Below are positions 47,490 through 56,861 of a stretch of DNA of 64,000 nucleotides, one piece after another. The stretch spans positions 1 through 64,000 of IMG/VR virus record IMGVR_UViG_3300035145_003993; one strand, written 5' to 3'. Both the position numbers and the translations under genes were made by a program. The notes below the pieces were generated by a model. It ran no database searches. It was not told the DNA's origin and saw only the letters and a program-made list of their open reading frames with translations. Each line of letters opens with the position of its first letter. Position 1 is the stretch's first letter.

Positions 47490-49343
47490 TCATGAAGTTT
47501 TAACAAACTTACTTAATAATTTATCTAAGTTTTTCTCAATAGTATCTAATCTTTTATATAAATTTTCTTCTTTGTTTGCTTTAAAATTCTTTATTTTATC
47601 TTCATACTTTTTAACATTAATTGAATTAACATTACTATTAAAATTACTTATATCAAGTTTTAAAATGTCACTAGAAGATTTTAAAAATGTAAGTGGAGCT
47701 ACAGATAAAGATGTAGAAAATGAAGTTGAAAAATTATTAATAGCATTCCCTATTTGTTTTAATGAGTCTATTATTAAATTATCTAAGTCTTTTGATTGCC
47801 TAAAAAGATCTTTTGTTAAATCTAAAGTTTCTTTCTGTACCATTAGTAATTCTTTTATAAACTCATTTAATTGTTCTCCGAGAACTAAGCTTTGCATATC
47901 TGAAGAATATCCTAAATATAGTTTAGAATTTTCTCTATTTGCATCACCAATTACAATTTGATTAGAATTTATATGAATGTTACCTGAATTTGTTAATGTT
48001 ATATAACTTGATGTTGTAGGAGAAATTAAAGATATTTTACCTTTACGATTACTATTATCATGTAAACTAAACGTTACATCATCTGATATTGATGTAATTG
48101 AAGATAATTTGTTTGAAAATATATATTTTTCAATATTTTCTTCTTGCGGGAGAAAAGTTGAAAATTTTCTTTTTTGATCATATAAATTACTATTTGTAGT
48201 TTTTGGATTTAATTTGTTTTGTGATTTTATAAAAGGAATACTAAAATTTATTTTTTTATTTAACAAATATCCTTCTAAATTCTGCTCAGATATAACAAAT
48301 GATGATTTATGACTTAATAATGAATTATCTTCAAAAAGATTTATATTTTTTATAATGTTCGAAGATAATATTTCTCTATTGAGAAATTGACTTTGATTTT
48401 TAATTCTTTCGTAAAAAACTCCATTAAAAACTTCAGGAGAGAGATTATTGTACAAATTTATATGGTGGCTTTCTCTATCGACATATTTCTCTAAAGTAAT
48501 TGAATCTAATATTTCTGTCTCTGAATTATTTTCGTTTTTTAATCTTTCATTATATCCTGATGTTAGTTCAATTTTACCTGAACTTTGATCTTCGGAGTCT
48601 AAGTTATTATTTTCTGATGTTAGATTTAATAATGTATTATGAGATCCTTGTAAAGTTATATCTTCAGGTTTAGTACGTATATTATTTGAAGTTTTCAATT
48701 TGTATTTGCTTAAAGTATCAAAATAATAATCTTTATTTAATATTCTTTGCGCAATATTAACATTAGACTGTATATTAGGATTATAAATAATATTTGCTGA
48801 ATCTGTAAAATATTCTGAAGATAGTGATAAAATATCTAATATACCTGGATCACTATTGTTAACAATGTTAGATATATTATCTAAATTACTAAAATTATTT
48901 TTATTATATTCTAAAAATTCTCTTTCACTGAAGCAATAAGAAACATCTTCTGTGTTTTTTAAACTATGAGCTCTTCCTAAGTAATAGCCATCTATATTAT
49001 AAGGAGATTTTGATAGTAAGTTATTGTCTTCTAAATTATGTTTATAAAACCAAACAACTTCGCCAAGCTTTACTGGAAAACTTATATGTGATGATATAAA
49101 CGGAATTGCAATTTGCGATTTATTATTATTTGAGTTTGAATTTTTATTAAAATTTAAGTCAAAACAGAATACAGTATTTTGTGGTAATGACATAATAAAA
49201 TTAATAAAAGAACTATCATTTATAAAATCTTCGCTTTCAAAAAAATATTCATAAATTTCTTTTTGTATTAAATCATTTATAATATTTGATGGTTTTCCTG
49301 CATTTTTATTAATAATATAAACTACTTTAGATTGAGAAAACAT
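47490..49343 (-). CDS. baseplate hub/central spike protein, gp5-like (no lysozyme domain seen)
   Basis: OB-fold-like AIPF..FPVKLGEVVW..YYLG; EDITLQGSHNT; beta-repeat region ending QSLVLGEQL; upstream of gp25. Confidence 0.6.
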   Translation of the reverse strand: MFSQSKVVYIINKNAGKPSNIINDLIQKEIYEYFFESEDFINDSSFINFIMSLPQNTVFCFDLNFNKNSNSNNNKSQIAIPFISSHISFPVKLGEVVWFYKHNLEDNNLLSKSPYNIDGYYLGRAHSLKNTEDVSYCFSEREFLEYNKNNFSNLDNISNIVNNSDPGILDILSLSSEYFTDSANIIYNPNIQSNVNIAQRILNKDYYFDTLSKYKLKTSNNIRTKPEDITLQGSHNTLLNLTSENNNLDSEDQSSGKIELTSGYNERLKNENNSETEILDSITLEKYVDRESHHINLYNNLSPEVFNGVFYERIKNQSQFLNREILSSNIIKNINLFEDNSLLSHKSSFVISEQNLEGYLLNKKINFSIPFIKSQNKLNPKTTNSNLYDQKRKFSTFLPQEENIEKYIFSNKLSSITSISDDVTFSLHDNSNRKGKISLISPTTSSYITLTNSGNIHINSNQIVIGDANRENSKLYLGYSSDMQSLVLGEQLNEFIKELLMVQKETLDLTKDLFRQSKDLDNLIIDSLKQIGNAINNFSTSFSTSLSVAPLTFLKSSSDILKLDISNFNSNVNSINVKKYEDKIKNFKANKEENLYKRLDTIEKNLDKLLSKFVKTS

Positions 49344-49355
49344 TTAATTTCCTTT

Positions 49356-49733
49356 TTAATTGTTTATTTTATCAAATATATCTTCAACGGAAACTTCTGC
49401 AGATTTTTCTTCTTCTTTAGAAATAAGTTCAGCTAACTTTAAAATTTGATCGTTTGATTTGCTCATTCTCTCAATATATTTTGCCATGATAGAGCCAATA
49501 TTCATATGTTCTGTAGTTCCACCTGTCATAGAAATATATGCATCATTAAACAACATTTTTGATTTTTCTCTATCTTCGATAGAGTTTTCATATATTTCTT
49601 TCCAAAGCATCTTCTTTTTGTCTTCTAAAGAGTCAATATTTTCAAGAATATCTGAAAAGTTTTTAATTTTTGATTCTTTTTTTTCTACATCATCTAACTT
49701 TTTAGATATAGATTCGATTTTTTCTGTTTTCAT
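49356..49733 (-). CDS. helical protein, candidate terminase small subunit
   Basis: 125 aa; two long helices (IYENSIEDREK..IGSIMAKYIERMSKSNDQILKLAELI) loosely resembling the gp16 oligomerisation core. Confidence 0.4.
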   Translation of the reverse strand: MKTEKIESISKKLDDVEKKESKIKNFSDILENIDSLEDKKKMLWKEIYENSIEDREKSKMLFNDAYISMTGGTTEHMNIGSIMAKYIERMSKSNDQILKLAELISKEEEKSAEVSVEDIFDKINN

Positions 49734-49744
49734 ATTTAATACCT

Positions 49745-50467
49745 TTAAAATAATTCAAAATCTTTACCAGGTCCAGCTATTTTTCGATAATGTTTTCTAA
49801 TAGTCGATAAAGAAGAACTTAATTCTGGACTATTAAGGCCAGATATTTCTCTTAAATAAACAAAAACAGCTCTTTTGTTTAAATAGTCTAAATCGTCGAC
49901 ATTATTAAATATTTGCCTTATAGCTTTTATACATCTAATATCTTTTTCACACTTTAACTTTTCTTCGATATAATTTAACATATCGTTAACAACATTAGGA
50001 AAATTTTCTTTTCTTTCTTTATCTTCTGGAGACATTTCTACCCAGTGCTCTGAAAGTCTTCTTTTGTCTGCAGATGACATCGAATCAGCATCACTTAAAG
50101 AAACGCTTCTATTTGCATGTTTAGCAAGTCTCCTCGTATTGATAGTTAACCAATTTTTTGCTACAACATTAAAATACGAAAATGCTTTTGTACCCTTGTC
50201 AGGATTCCATTTGTGAATTGTTTCATATAAAAAAGTAGAACAATCACTTTTCAAGTGATTAATATCTTCAATAGGAGACTTAAATTTATATACTGAAACT
50301 AGACTGTGCACAAGTTCATTAAAAGCTGGCATAATATGTTGCTCATAAATTTTATTTTTTTGTCTTTTATTTGATGTATTTTGATATAAAATGATTTTTT
50401 CTTGTGTTTCTAATGTAAAATACTGTCTCTTTTTTCTTTTCTTTTTCTTTTTTTCTTCCACGATCAA
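49745..50467 (-). CDS. gp55: late-transcription sigma factor, T4 gp55-like
   Basis: KRQYF..; sigma region-2 motif IHKWNPDKGTKAFSYFNVVAKNWL, compared with gp55-type FDPxK..F(A/S)YF. Confidence 0.75.
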   Translation of the reverse strand: MIVEEKKKKKRKKRQYFTLETQEKIILYQNTSNKRQKNKIYEQHIMPAFNELVHSLVSVYKFKSPIEDINHLKSDCSTFLYETIHKWNPDKGTKAFSYFNVVAKNWLTINTRRLAKHANRSVSLSDADSMSSADKRRLSEHWVEMSPEDKERKENFPNVVNDMLNYIEEKLKCEKDIRCIKAIRQIFNNVDDLDYLNKRAVFVYLREISGLNSPELSSSLSTIRKHYRKIAGPGKDFELF

Positions 50468-50778
50468 TCCTTTAGCGAATTTTCTTCTTCTGAATCAATT
50501 TCTTTTATTTTATCTTTATTGAATGATGTTAAATTTGAAGAAATTTCTAATATAATATTTTTTATATCCTTTATTTCAAGTAAAAGTCTTCTTATTTCTG
50601 GGCTGTCAAAAAAAAGAGGTATTTCTAGTATATCACTTATTCTTTGATATTTGTTGTCTATTTTGTCTAAAGATTCTTCTAAAACTTCCTGCATTTTTAT
50701 TATTATTAAGGCAAACTTAATACAATAATAAATAAAAAATATATTTAAAATTATAGATATTAAAATTATATATAACAT
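50464..50778 (-). CDS. N-terminally membrane-anchored coiled-coil protein
   Basis: Hydrophobic residues 1-28, then heptad helix with PLFFDSPEI; coupled to the sigma gene. Confidence 0.75.
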   Translation of the reverse strand: MLYIILISIILNIFFIYYCIKFALIIIKMQEVLEESLDKIDNKYQRISDILEIPLFFDSPEIRRLLLEIKDIKNIILEISSNLTSFNKDKIKEIDSEEENSLKD

Positions 50779-51974
50779 TATGATAAACTCTCAAAGAAGA
50801 TTTTATAATCATTTATTATAGTCTTAGCGTTATATCTTTGTTTAATTATATTTTTTCTTCTTTTAGATATTTCTAAGTAATAGTCTTCATTCTCAAAAAA
50901 AACTTTTAAATTATTTATCATACTTTCCTTACTAAACTCAGCCCATTTAGAATTAGAATTAAAATCTGTAAAGTTTTTGTCACTATTAAATGTCACTAAT
51001 TCGTAATCAATTTTTAAAAAATCGTTTTCTAAAAATTCTAAATAAGCTGAGTAATTAGTTGCTATAATAGGCAATCCACAAACAGCACTTTCAACTAGCG
51101 GAAGTCCCCATCCTTCTGCTCTTGTTCCAGAAACCATGCATGAAACAAATTCAGATTCATATAGCGATTTTAATTCTTCTATTTTAAAATTTCCAAATAA
51201 TAAAGTAATTTTATCAAAATATTTTTCTTTTAAAGATTCTTTAAGTTTATCTATTATTTTATTTTTATATATAACTGAAGATTTGCCTAGATTAACTTTT
51301 AAAATTATTCCAATTTTTTTATCTTTAATAAATTCAAGACATGTGTTTATTGTTTTAATGATGTTTTTTCTATCACATTCACTACTAACATTAGATATTT
51401 GTCCCATTATTAATATATTTTTTTTATATTTTAAATTTGTTAAAAATTTTTGATTAGTATTCTTTTTGTCGAAATCTTCGTAATACCATTCGTTTATTAC
51501 TTTTATTGGCGTTTGTATATTTTTATTATATTTTTTAATAGTATTTACGAATGATAATTTAGAAAACTCTGAAGGTACGATAACATAGTCCATAACATTA
51601 CAATAATCTATCCAAGATTCTTTGACTAAATCACATTCAAAGCCAGCTGTTACTCCAACATTAACTTTAGCTAATTTTTTCCATTCGCTTGGTATTAAAA
51701 CTTGATATGATTCGTCAAAAACTATGTTGTTTTTATTTTTTTTTGAACATAGAAATATTTCTTTGATTAATCCATTATCAAAATTTTGATTTAAAATCCA
51801 AGACGTTACTCCCCATAAAGTTGGATTAACAAACAAATTTATATTTTTTCTTTTTGAAAGTGCTTTAAAAACTTGTCTTGAATGAACTCCATATCCTGAG
51901 TTTGTAAACAAAGGTCCAGTAATAATAACATTTTTCATTTTAGGTTTACTATTTGAATATTTGTTGTTTGACAT
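50778..51974 (-). CDS. GT-B glycosyltransferase (GT4-like)
   Basis: GP..SGYGVHSR, IVPSEF, RKNI, TRAEGWGLPLVE..GLPIIATNYS. Confidence 0.92.
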   Translation of the reverse strand: MSNNKYSNSKPKMKNVIITGPLFTNSGYGVHSRQVFKALSKRKNINLFVNPTLWGVTSWILNQNFDNGLIKEIFLCSKKNKNNIVFDESYQVLIPSEWKKLAKVNVGVTAGFECDLVKESWIDYCNVMDYVIVPSEFSKLSFVNTIKKYNKNIQTPIKVINEWYYEDFDKKNTNQKFLTNLKYKKNILIMGQISNVSSECDRKNIIKTINTCLEFIKDKKIGIILKVNLGKSSVIYKNKIIDKLKESLKEKYFDKITLLFGNFKIEELKSLYESEFVSCMVSGTRAEGWGLPLVESAVCGLPIIATNYSAYLEFLENDFLKIDYELVTFNSDKNFTDFNSNSKWAEFSKESMINNLKVFFENEDYYLEISKRRKNIIKQRYNAKTIINDYKIFFESLS

Positions 51975-53191
51975 TTAAATTCCTTAATCGAATTTTCTAA
52001 AGACATATCCCACAAATTAATCATTTTTTCATAATTAAATGCTTGATCAGAGTATTCTTTAACTTTTAACTTTAATTTATTTTTTTTATCATTTGAAAAT
52101 TTGTAAAACTTTTGTAAAGCATTTGCAACATTATCGCAACTAACATAATCTTCATATATATAATGTGATTCTTGATTTCCATTTATAGTTTGAAGATCAA
52201 TATCTAATCCTATACCATTTTCAGAATTATCTCTATAATCTATTACTTGTCTATAAAGTCCTCCTGTTTTTGAAGCTATTATTGGAGTTGATGTCATCAT
52301 TGATTGTAAAGTTGAAAGCCCAAACCCTTCATTATAACTTATATTTAAACATACATCTGAAATGTTGTGTAAAATATTAATTAAATCATTTGACAGTTTC
52401 TGTGTTGAAAAAGAAACAGTGTCTAGTATTTCGTAATGTTTAGCTATTTCTATAAGATTTAAGCCAGACTTATCATAAGGATCTGTATGCATTAATAATG
52501 TCACCTTATTTCTATTTTTTTTATCAAGCTTTTCAACAAAAATTTTCCAAGATTTTAATACATCACCAGGTCTTTTTCTTTTACAATTTCTGTTATTCCA
52601 AAAACAAACAAAATTATCTTTTCTATCATTTCCTAGAATATTAATTTTTTCTTTTAAAATATCATTTTTACTCAATGTATAAAATACACTTTTTGGAAAA
52701 GTATGGGGAATAAAATTAGTTTTATTTGGAAAAAGTTTTTTACACATTTTATAAGTCAAATACGAATGACAATTAATTGTATCAACAGACTCATAGATCC
52801 AACGATTATAATCAGGAATAGGCAAATTATCCCAAACATGCCACCATAATATAGGACATACTTGTCTAATTTCATCCTCAATTTCAAATAACCATTTAAA
52901 AAATCTTGCATCTGTAAATATTAATAATGCATCTGGTTTTTCATTTAAAATAATTGATCTTAATAAGTTTGCATCTCCATATCCGTCAATAGGTTTAATA
53001 TAAAAATCTTCGTTAATTTTAATAGTTTTATAATTTTGATGACTAAGAGCAGCTCCTAATTGAATAAAAGAATATTTCCCTGTTTTAGTTAAACCTTCAA
53101 TTAAAAATCTACTTTGGATTCCTACTCCACTTGGTGACATTGCGTGATCTGATATCATTAAAATTTTATTTTTGTTCATTGTTTCCTTCAT
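51935..53191 (-). CDS. GT-B glycosyltransferase (GT4-like)
   Basis: KILMISD..SGVG, FIPH, NNRNCKRKRPG, SYNEGFGLS..TPIIASKTGG. Confidence 0.92.
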   Translation of the reverse strand: MKETMNKNKILMISDHAMSPSGVGIQSRFLIEGLTKTGKYSFIQLGAALSHQNYKTIKINEDFYIKPIDGYGDANLLRSIILNEKPDALLIFTDARFFKWLFEIEDEIRQVCPILWWHVWDNLPIPDYNRWIYESVDTINCHSYLTYKMCKKLFPNKTNFIPHTFPKSVFYTLSKNDILKEKINILGNDRKDNFVCFWNNRNCKRKRPGDVLKSWKIFVEKLDKKNRNKVTLLMHTDPYDKSGLNLIEIAKHYEILDTVSFSTQKLSNDLINILHNISDVCLNISYNEGFGLSTLQSMMTSTPIIASKTGGLYRQVIDYRDNSENGIGLDIDLQTINGNQESHYIYEDYVSCDNVANALQKFYKFSNDKKNKLKLKVKEYSDQAFNYEKMINLWDMSLENSIKEFKCQTTNIQIVNLK

Positions 53192-54024
53192 TATTTACAA
53201 TGATCTGTATTTTTAAATTCACAAAACATACAAGAATTTCTATTTTTTAAGAAAAATTGTTTCTCTACTGTTTTAATCATACTTCTAACTAATTTTTTAG
53301 ATTTTTCTAAATTTTTTGGTCCACTTGAAACTTTAATTAATTGACAAGATTTACCTACTTTTTTAACTTTTTTAAGTAAAATAAAACCACACTGAATATT
53401 TTTCATATCAATATTATTTTTCTTGCCCCAAAAATATTTATATAATATAACTTGAGCTTGAGTATTAAAATCTCTTTGTTTTTCTAAAGACCAACCTCTT
53501 CCATTCGAAGTTTTCCAATCAAGAATCCAATATTTAAATTTATCTTTATTCGGTACTTTAATTATACAATCAACGTAACCTTTAAATTTAGTTGAAATAT
53601 TTTCTATATCTTCGTATAAAGCTTCTTCAGCTGACACTATTTCCCAACCAGGAAAATTTTTATCTAAAAAATTAGGAATTGACATTAAACTAGTCTCTGC
53701 CCACTGTAGCCAGTCATTCAACTTGTTATGTTTATATTTCCAACCTTGTAATTCTGATCTTTGAGTCTGTAACTGAATAAAATCTTCTGAATCGAATCCA
53801 TGTTGTTCCCAAGCAGAAATAATTTTATTTTTTGTTTCTTCTATATTTAATATTCTAGTTTTTAAAAATTGTTCACATGCGTCGTGAATAATAGTTCCAT
53901 AATGTAAATGAGGACTTTCTTCAAAAACAGATAACTTATCAACATAGATAAGCTTATGCCTCCAACTACACTCTTTCCATTGTTTAATTTCTGAAAATGA
54001 AACATGTTCTTTTATGAGATTCAT
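53191..54024 (-). CDS. PD-(D/E)XK RecB/Cas4-like nuclease with a 4-Cys Fe-S signature
   Basis: SFSEIKQWKECSW, YGTIIH, GYVD, ILDWKT, QVILY, C-terminal CMFCEF....C. Confidence 0.88.
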   Translation of the reverse strand: MNLIKEHVSFSEIKQWKECSWRHKLIYVDKLSVFEESPHLHYGTIIHDACEQFLKTRILNIEETKNKIISAWEQHGFDSEDFIQLQTQRSELQGWKYKHNKLNDWLQWAETSLMSIPNFLDKNFPGWEIVSAEEALYEDIENISTKFKGYVDCIIKVPNKDKFKYWILDWKTSNGRGWSLEKQRDFNTQAQVILYKYFWGKKNNIDMKNIQCGFILLKKVKKVGKSCQLIKVSSGPKNLEKSKKLVRSMIKTVEKQFFLKNRNSCMFCEFKNTDHCK

Positions 54025-54103
54025 TATAAATTACTTTCTTTTATTTTTATTATAAAATTTATTTTTGTAATTTATAAAAAAGTGTCAAATTAAAGTGACT
54101 AAG

Positions 54104-54111
54104 AATAATTA
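54104..54111 (+). promoter_or_regulatory. putative late promoter AATAATTA in the divergent intergenic region
   Basis: 41 nt upstream of ATG 54153. Confidence 0.35.
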
Positions 54112-54152
54112 TATTTATTTATAATTTAAATTAGATTTGAAAGGATTTAAAT

Positions 54153-56066
54153 ATGGCTACACATACTGATAATGTGATGTTATTTAACACTTCAAAAGGA
54201 ACGTTAGATAAGATTGGTGATACAGAAACTTTAGAAATTCATGGACTTGAACTAACTAGTTCTCTTTCTGTTCCAGAAAGTGGATTATCAATTGGGTCAA
54301 CAGCAGTTACAGCAACAGCTTCAGAATTAAATAAGTTAGATGGTGTAACAGCATCTACAACACAAATTAACTATGTAAATGTTACAACACTTGGTACAGC
54401 AGAAGCATCAAAAGCAATTACTGTAGATGGTTCTTCTCAGGTTGACGCTTCGTCAATTACATTTACAAACTTAGGAACTGTGACAACTGCAGATATCAAT
54501 GGTGGTACTATTGATGGTGTAGTAATTGGTGGATCTAGTGCTGCTTCTGGTACGTTTACTTCTTTAGATTGTACAGATGGAGCTTTTTCAATAAGTAATC
54601 TCGATATAGATGGTGGAACAGATATCGGTGCTGATCTTGTTGATAGTGACTTAATTATAATTGATGATGGTGCTGCAGGTGTTAATCGAAAATCAGCTTT
54701 ATCTCGACTTAAAACTTACATCCAAACATCATCTCTAAGCTTTACAGGATCAAACACTTTCGAAAATTCTTCTGGTCAAACTATTCAAGGTAGTGAGGCA
54801 GGAGCAGGAACTCTTTACTTGAAAGCTGACCAAGGTGATGATGCAGGTGACTCTTGGGAGATTTCAGTTGCAGACGGCGGTGTTCTTACATTTGGTAATG
54901 ATATCGCTGTTAAGGACACTTTTGTAACTCACGTTACTTTAACACCAAATGCAACAGCTTCGAGCTCAGCAGCTTTATTTGCAGGTAACGTTACAGTAAA
55001 CGGTAATTTAACTGTTAATGGTGACACTACAACGCTTAGTACTTCTACACTTACTGTTGAAGATATTAATATTGTTGTTGCGAATGGTGCTGCTGATAGT
55101 GCTGCTGCCGATGGAGCTGGTATAACAATCGATGGTGCAAATGCTACTTTAACTTGGGTTAATGCTAGCACACATCTTGCTTTCAACAAAGATGTAAACT
55201 TCTTAACTGACGGTATTAAAATTAATGGTACTGCTGTAACAGCAACTGCTGCTGAGTTAAATAAATTAGATGGTGTAACATCATCTACAGCAGAAATAAA
55301 TATACTTACAGGTCTGACAGCATCAACTTCAGAACTTAATTTATTAGATGCAACTGCAGGATCGACTTTAACACTCGCAGGAGGTGATGGTTTAATTATT
55401 AATGATGCTTCTGATGGGAATGCAACGAAAAAGGTTTTAGTCTCTGACCTTACTAGCTTTTTCGCTTCAAGTGGTACAACAACTGCTGATAATATTACAG
55501 CAGGCTCAGGTGCTGTAGAAATTACTACAACTTCAGGTGATATTGTTGTAGACGCACCTACTGGTCAAAGTGTTGATTTACAAGTTAATGGTGGTAATGT
55601 TGTAGAAGTAGCTGCTGATAGAGTGGACGTTTCTCAGCCTTTAATTGTAACAGCTGCAGGTTTGAGTTTAGCTCCTGCTGCTACACACCCGGCATTTGTT
55701 GCAGGTAACATCTTGGCTTTTGAAAGTGGCGCTTCTGGCGGTCTTGAATTAGCAGATTGTGATGATAGTGTTAATACATATCTTAATGCTCCATTTGGAG
55801 TTGCATTAGAAGCTTCTGCGCAAGATGATACAACAGAAATTATGGTTCATACTATTCATGGTGGTTTAGTTAATGTCAAAATTGCATCAAGCACAACTGC
55901 AAAGGGACAATGGATTTATTTAGACGGAACTGCAGGTCAAGCAACAACAACAGTTCCGACTGCAGGTATGGTTTGGAGACTAGGACTTTGTGCAGAACAT
56001 AATGGAACAGCAGTGACTGATGCAGATATTATTTGGATGCCTCAGTTTATTGCAGATTTAGGCTAA
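54153..56066 (+). CDS. fibre-like virion protein (Gly/Ala/Thr/Ser-rich) with a C-terminal DUF2190/cement-like domain
   Basis: Repeated TATxxELNKLDG; GNLTVNGDTTT..LTVED..DGAGI fibre motif; C-terminal PFGVALE..GQWIYL..GQATTTVP..RLG. Confidence 0.7.
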   Translation: MATHTDNVMLFNTSKGTLDKIGDTETLEIHGLELTSSLSVPESGLSIGSTAVTATASELNKLDGVTASTTQINYVNVTTLGTAEASKAITVDGSSQVDASSITFTNLGTVTTADINGGTIDGVVIGGSSAASGTFTSLDCTDGAFSISNLDIDGGTDIGADLVDSDLIIIDDGAAGVNRKSALSRLKTYIQTSSLSFTGSNTFENSSGQTIQGSEAGAGTLYLKADQGDDAGDSWEISVADGGVLTFGNDIAVKDTFVTHVTLTPNATASSSAALFAGNVTVNGNLTVNGDTTTLSTSTLTVEDINIVVANGAADSAAADGAGITIDGANATLTWVNASTHLAFNKDVNFLTDGIKINGTAVTATAAELNKLDGVTSSTAEINILTGLTASTSELNLLDATAGSTLTLAGGDGLIINDASDGNATKKVLVSDLTSFFASSGTTTADNITAGSGAVEITTTSGDIVVDAPTGQSVDLQVNGGNVVEVAADRVDVSQPLIVTAAGLSLAPAATHPAFVAGNILAFESGASGGLELADCDDSVNTYLNAPFGVALEASAQDDTTEIMVHTIHGGLVNVKIASSTTAKGQWIYLDGTAGQATTTVPTAGMVWRLGLCAEHNGTAVTDADIIWMPQFIADLG

Positions 56067-56099
56067 ATCACAAATAGGTAGTTTATTATCCAATTAGAT

Positions 56100-56107
56100 T
56101 ATAATTA
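56100..56107 (+). promoter_or_regulatory. putative late promoter TATAATTA
   Basis: Recurrent intergenic octamer, 44 nt upstream of ATG 56152. Confidence 0.35.
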
Positions 56108-56151
56108 TTAACATATAAAAAATAATAATATAATCTTATTGGAGTTACAAT

Positions 56152-56541
56152 ATGTCTAAGAATGAAAAGATATTAAGAATTGGTTTAGGTGAAGCAATTT
56201 CTAGGTTAATGAATTTAGAGTTGATGCGATCAAACAGACTTCATCCGATGCCTGACCAGGCAATTGCTGAAAGAGAAATGCTTTATTTAGCATTAAATGA
56301 GATCAAAATTGATTTAGGGTTTGATTGTGATGGTGATGGTTTACCAGATACTGTAGAGATTTTTGAAGAAAGTGCTAAATCCTCTTGTTGTAGGCTAGTG
56401 CAATCAGACGATAGTCTATTACCTACACGAAAAAAGATCAATCGTTCAAAAATCCAAAAGGGAAAAGTAACTCGTTCTTCAAAACCAAAAGAAGAAATTA
56501 AAAAAGAAAGAAAAAGCCGGTCTTCTAGTCGAAAAAAGTAA
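56152..56541 (+). CDS. hypothetical protein with a DxDxDG Ca-binding-like loop and highly basic C-terminal tail
   Basis: DCDGDGLPD; K/R/S-rich last ~40 aa; GGAG RBS. Confidence 0.75.
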   Translation: MSKNEKILRIGLGEAISRLMNLELMRSNRLHPMPDQAIAEREMLYLALNEIKIDLGFDCDGDGLPDTVEIFEESAKSSCCRLVQSDDSLLPTRKKINRSKIQKGKVTRSSKPKEEIKKERKSRSSSRKK

Positions 56542-56561
56542 TATGAAAAGGAGTTATAGAT

Positions 56562-56831
56562 TTGTCTCTGTTTGAACTTTTATTTTGTTATGGTTTAACC
56601 TTTGGAATGATGAATAAAACTGCACCAATACAAAACAGATTAAATATTGATTTTGTTAAAGAAATGTTGTCTTGCTCATATTGCACAGGGTTTCATGCTG
56701 GGTGGATAAGTCTTTTGATTCTTCACCCCACCTTGTTTAATGATGTTCAAACAATTCTTTATTGGAGTTTTGTTTCGTCGTCTTTTAGTTATATAACTGA
56801 TACATTTGTTGCCTATCTAGAAGAACACTAG
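56562..56831 (+). CDS. small membrane protein, DUF1360-like (CxxC)
   Basis: MLSCSYCTGFHAGW plus hydrophobic helices; TTG start with AAGGAG RBS. Confidence 0.7.
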   Translation: MSLFELLFCYGLTFGMMNKTAPIQNRLNIDFVKEMLSCSYCTGFHAGWISLLILHPTLFNDVQTILYWSFVSSSFSYITDTFVAYLEEH

Positions 56832-56838
56832 ACCTAAA

Positions 56839-56861
56839 TAGCAACATGTTTATGTTTGCTA
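56839..56861. terminator. possible hairpin between convergent genes
   Basis: TAGCAACAT-GTTT-ATGTTTGCTA (1-nt bulge); no clear U tract. Confidence 0.3.

Noticed and set aside
45101-49343. Bacterial contractile injection system (eCIS/T6SS) or prophage interpretation
   Set aside because: Capsid, portal, terminase, protease, primase and a late sigma factor are all present, with no host housekeeping genes or integrase; this fits a lytic-type phage genome.
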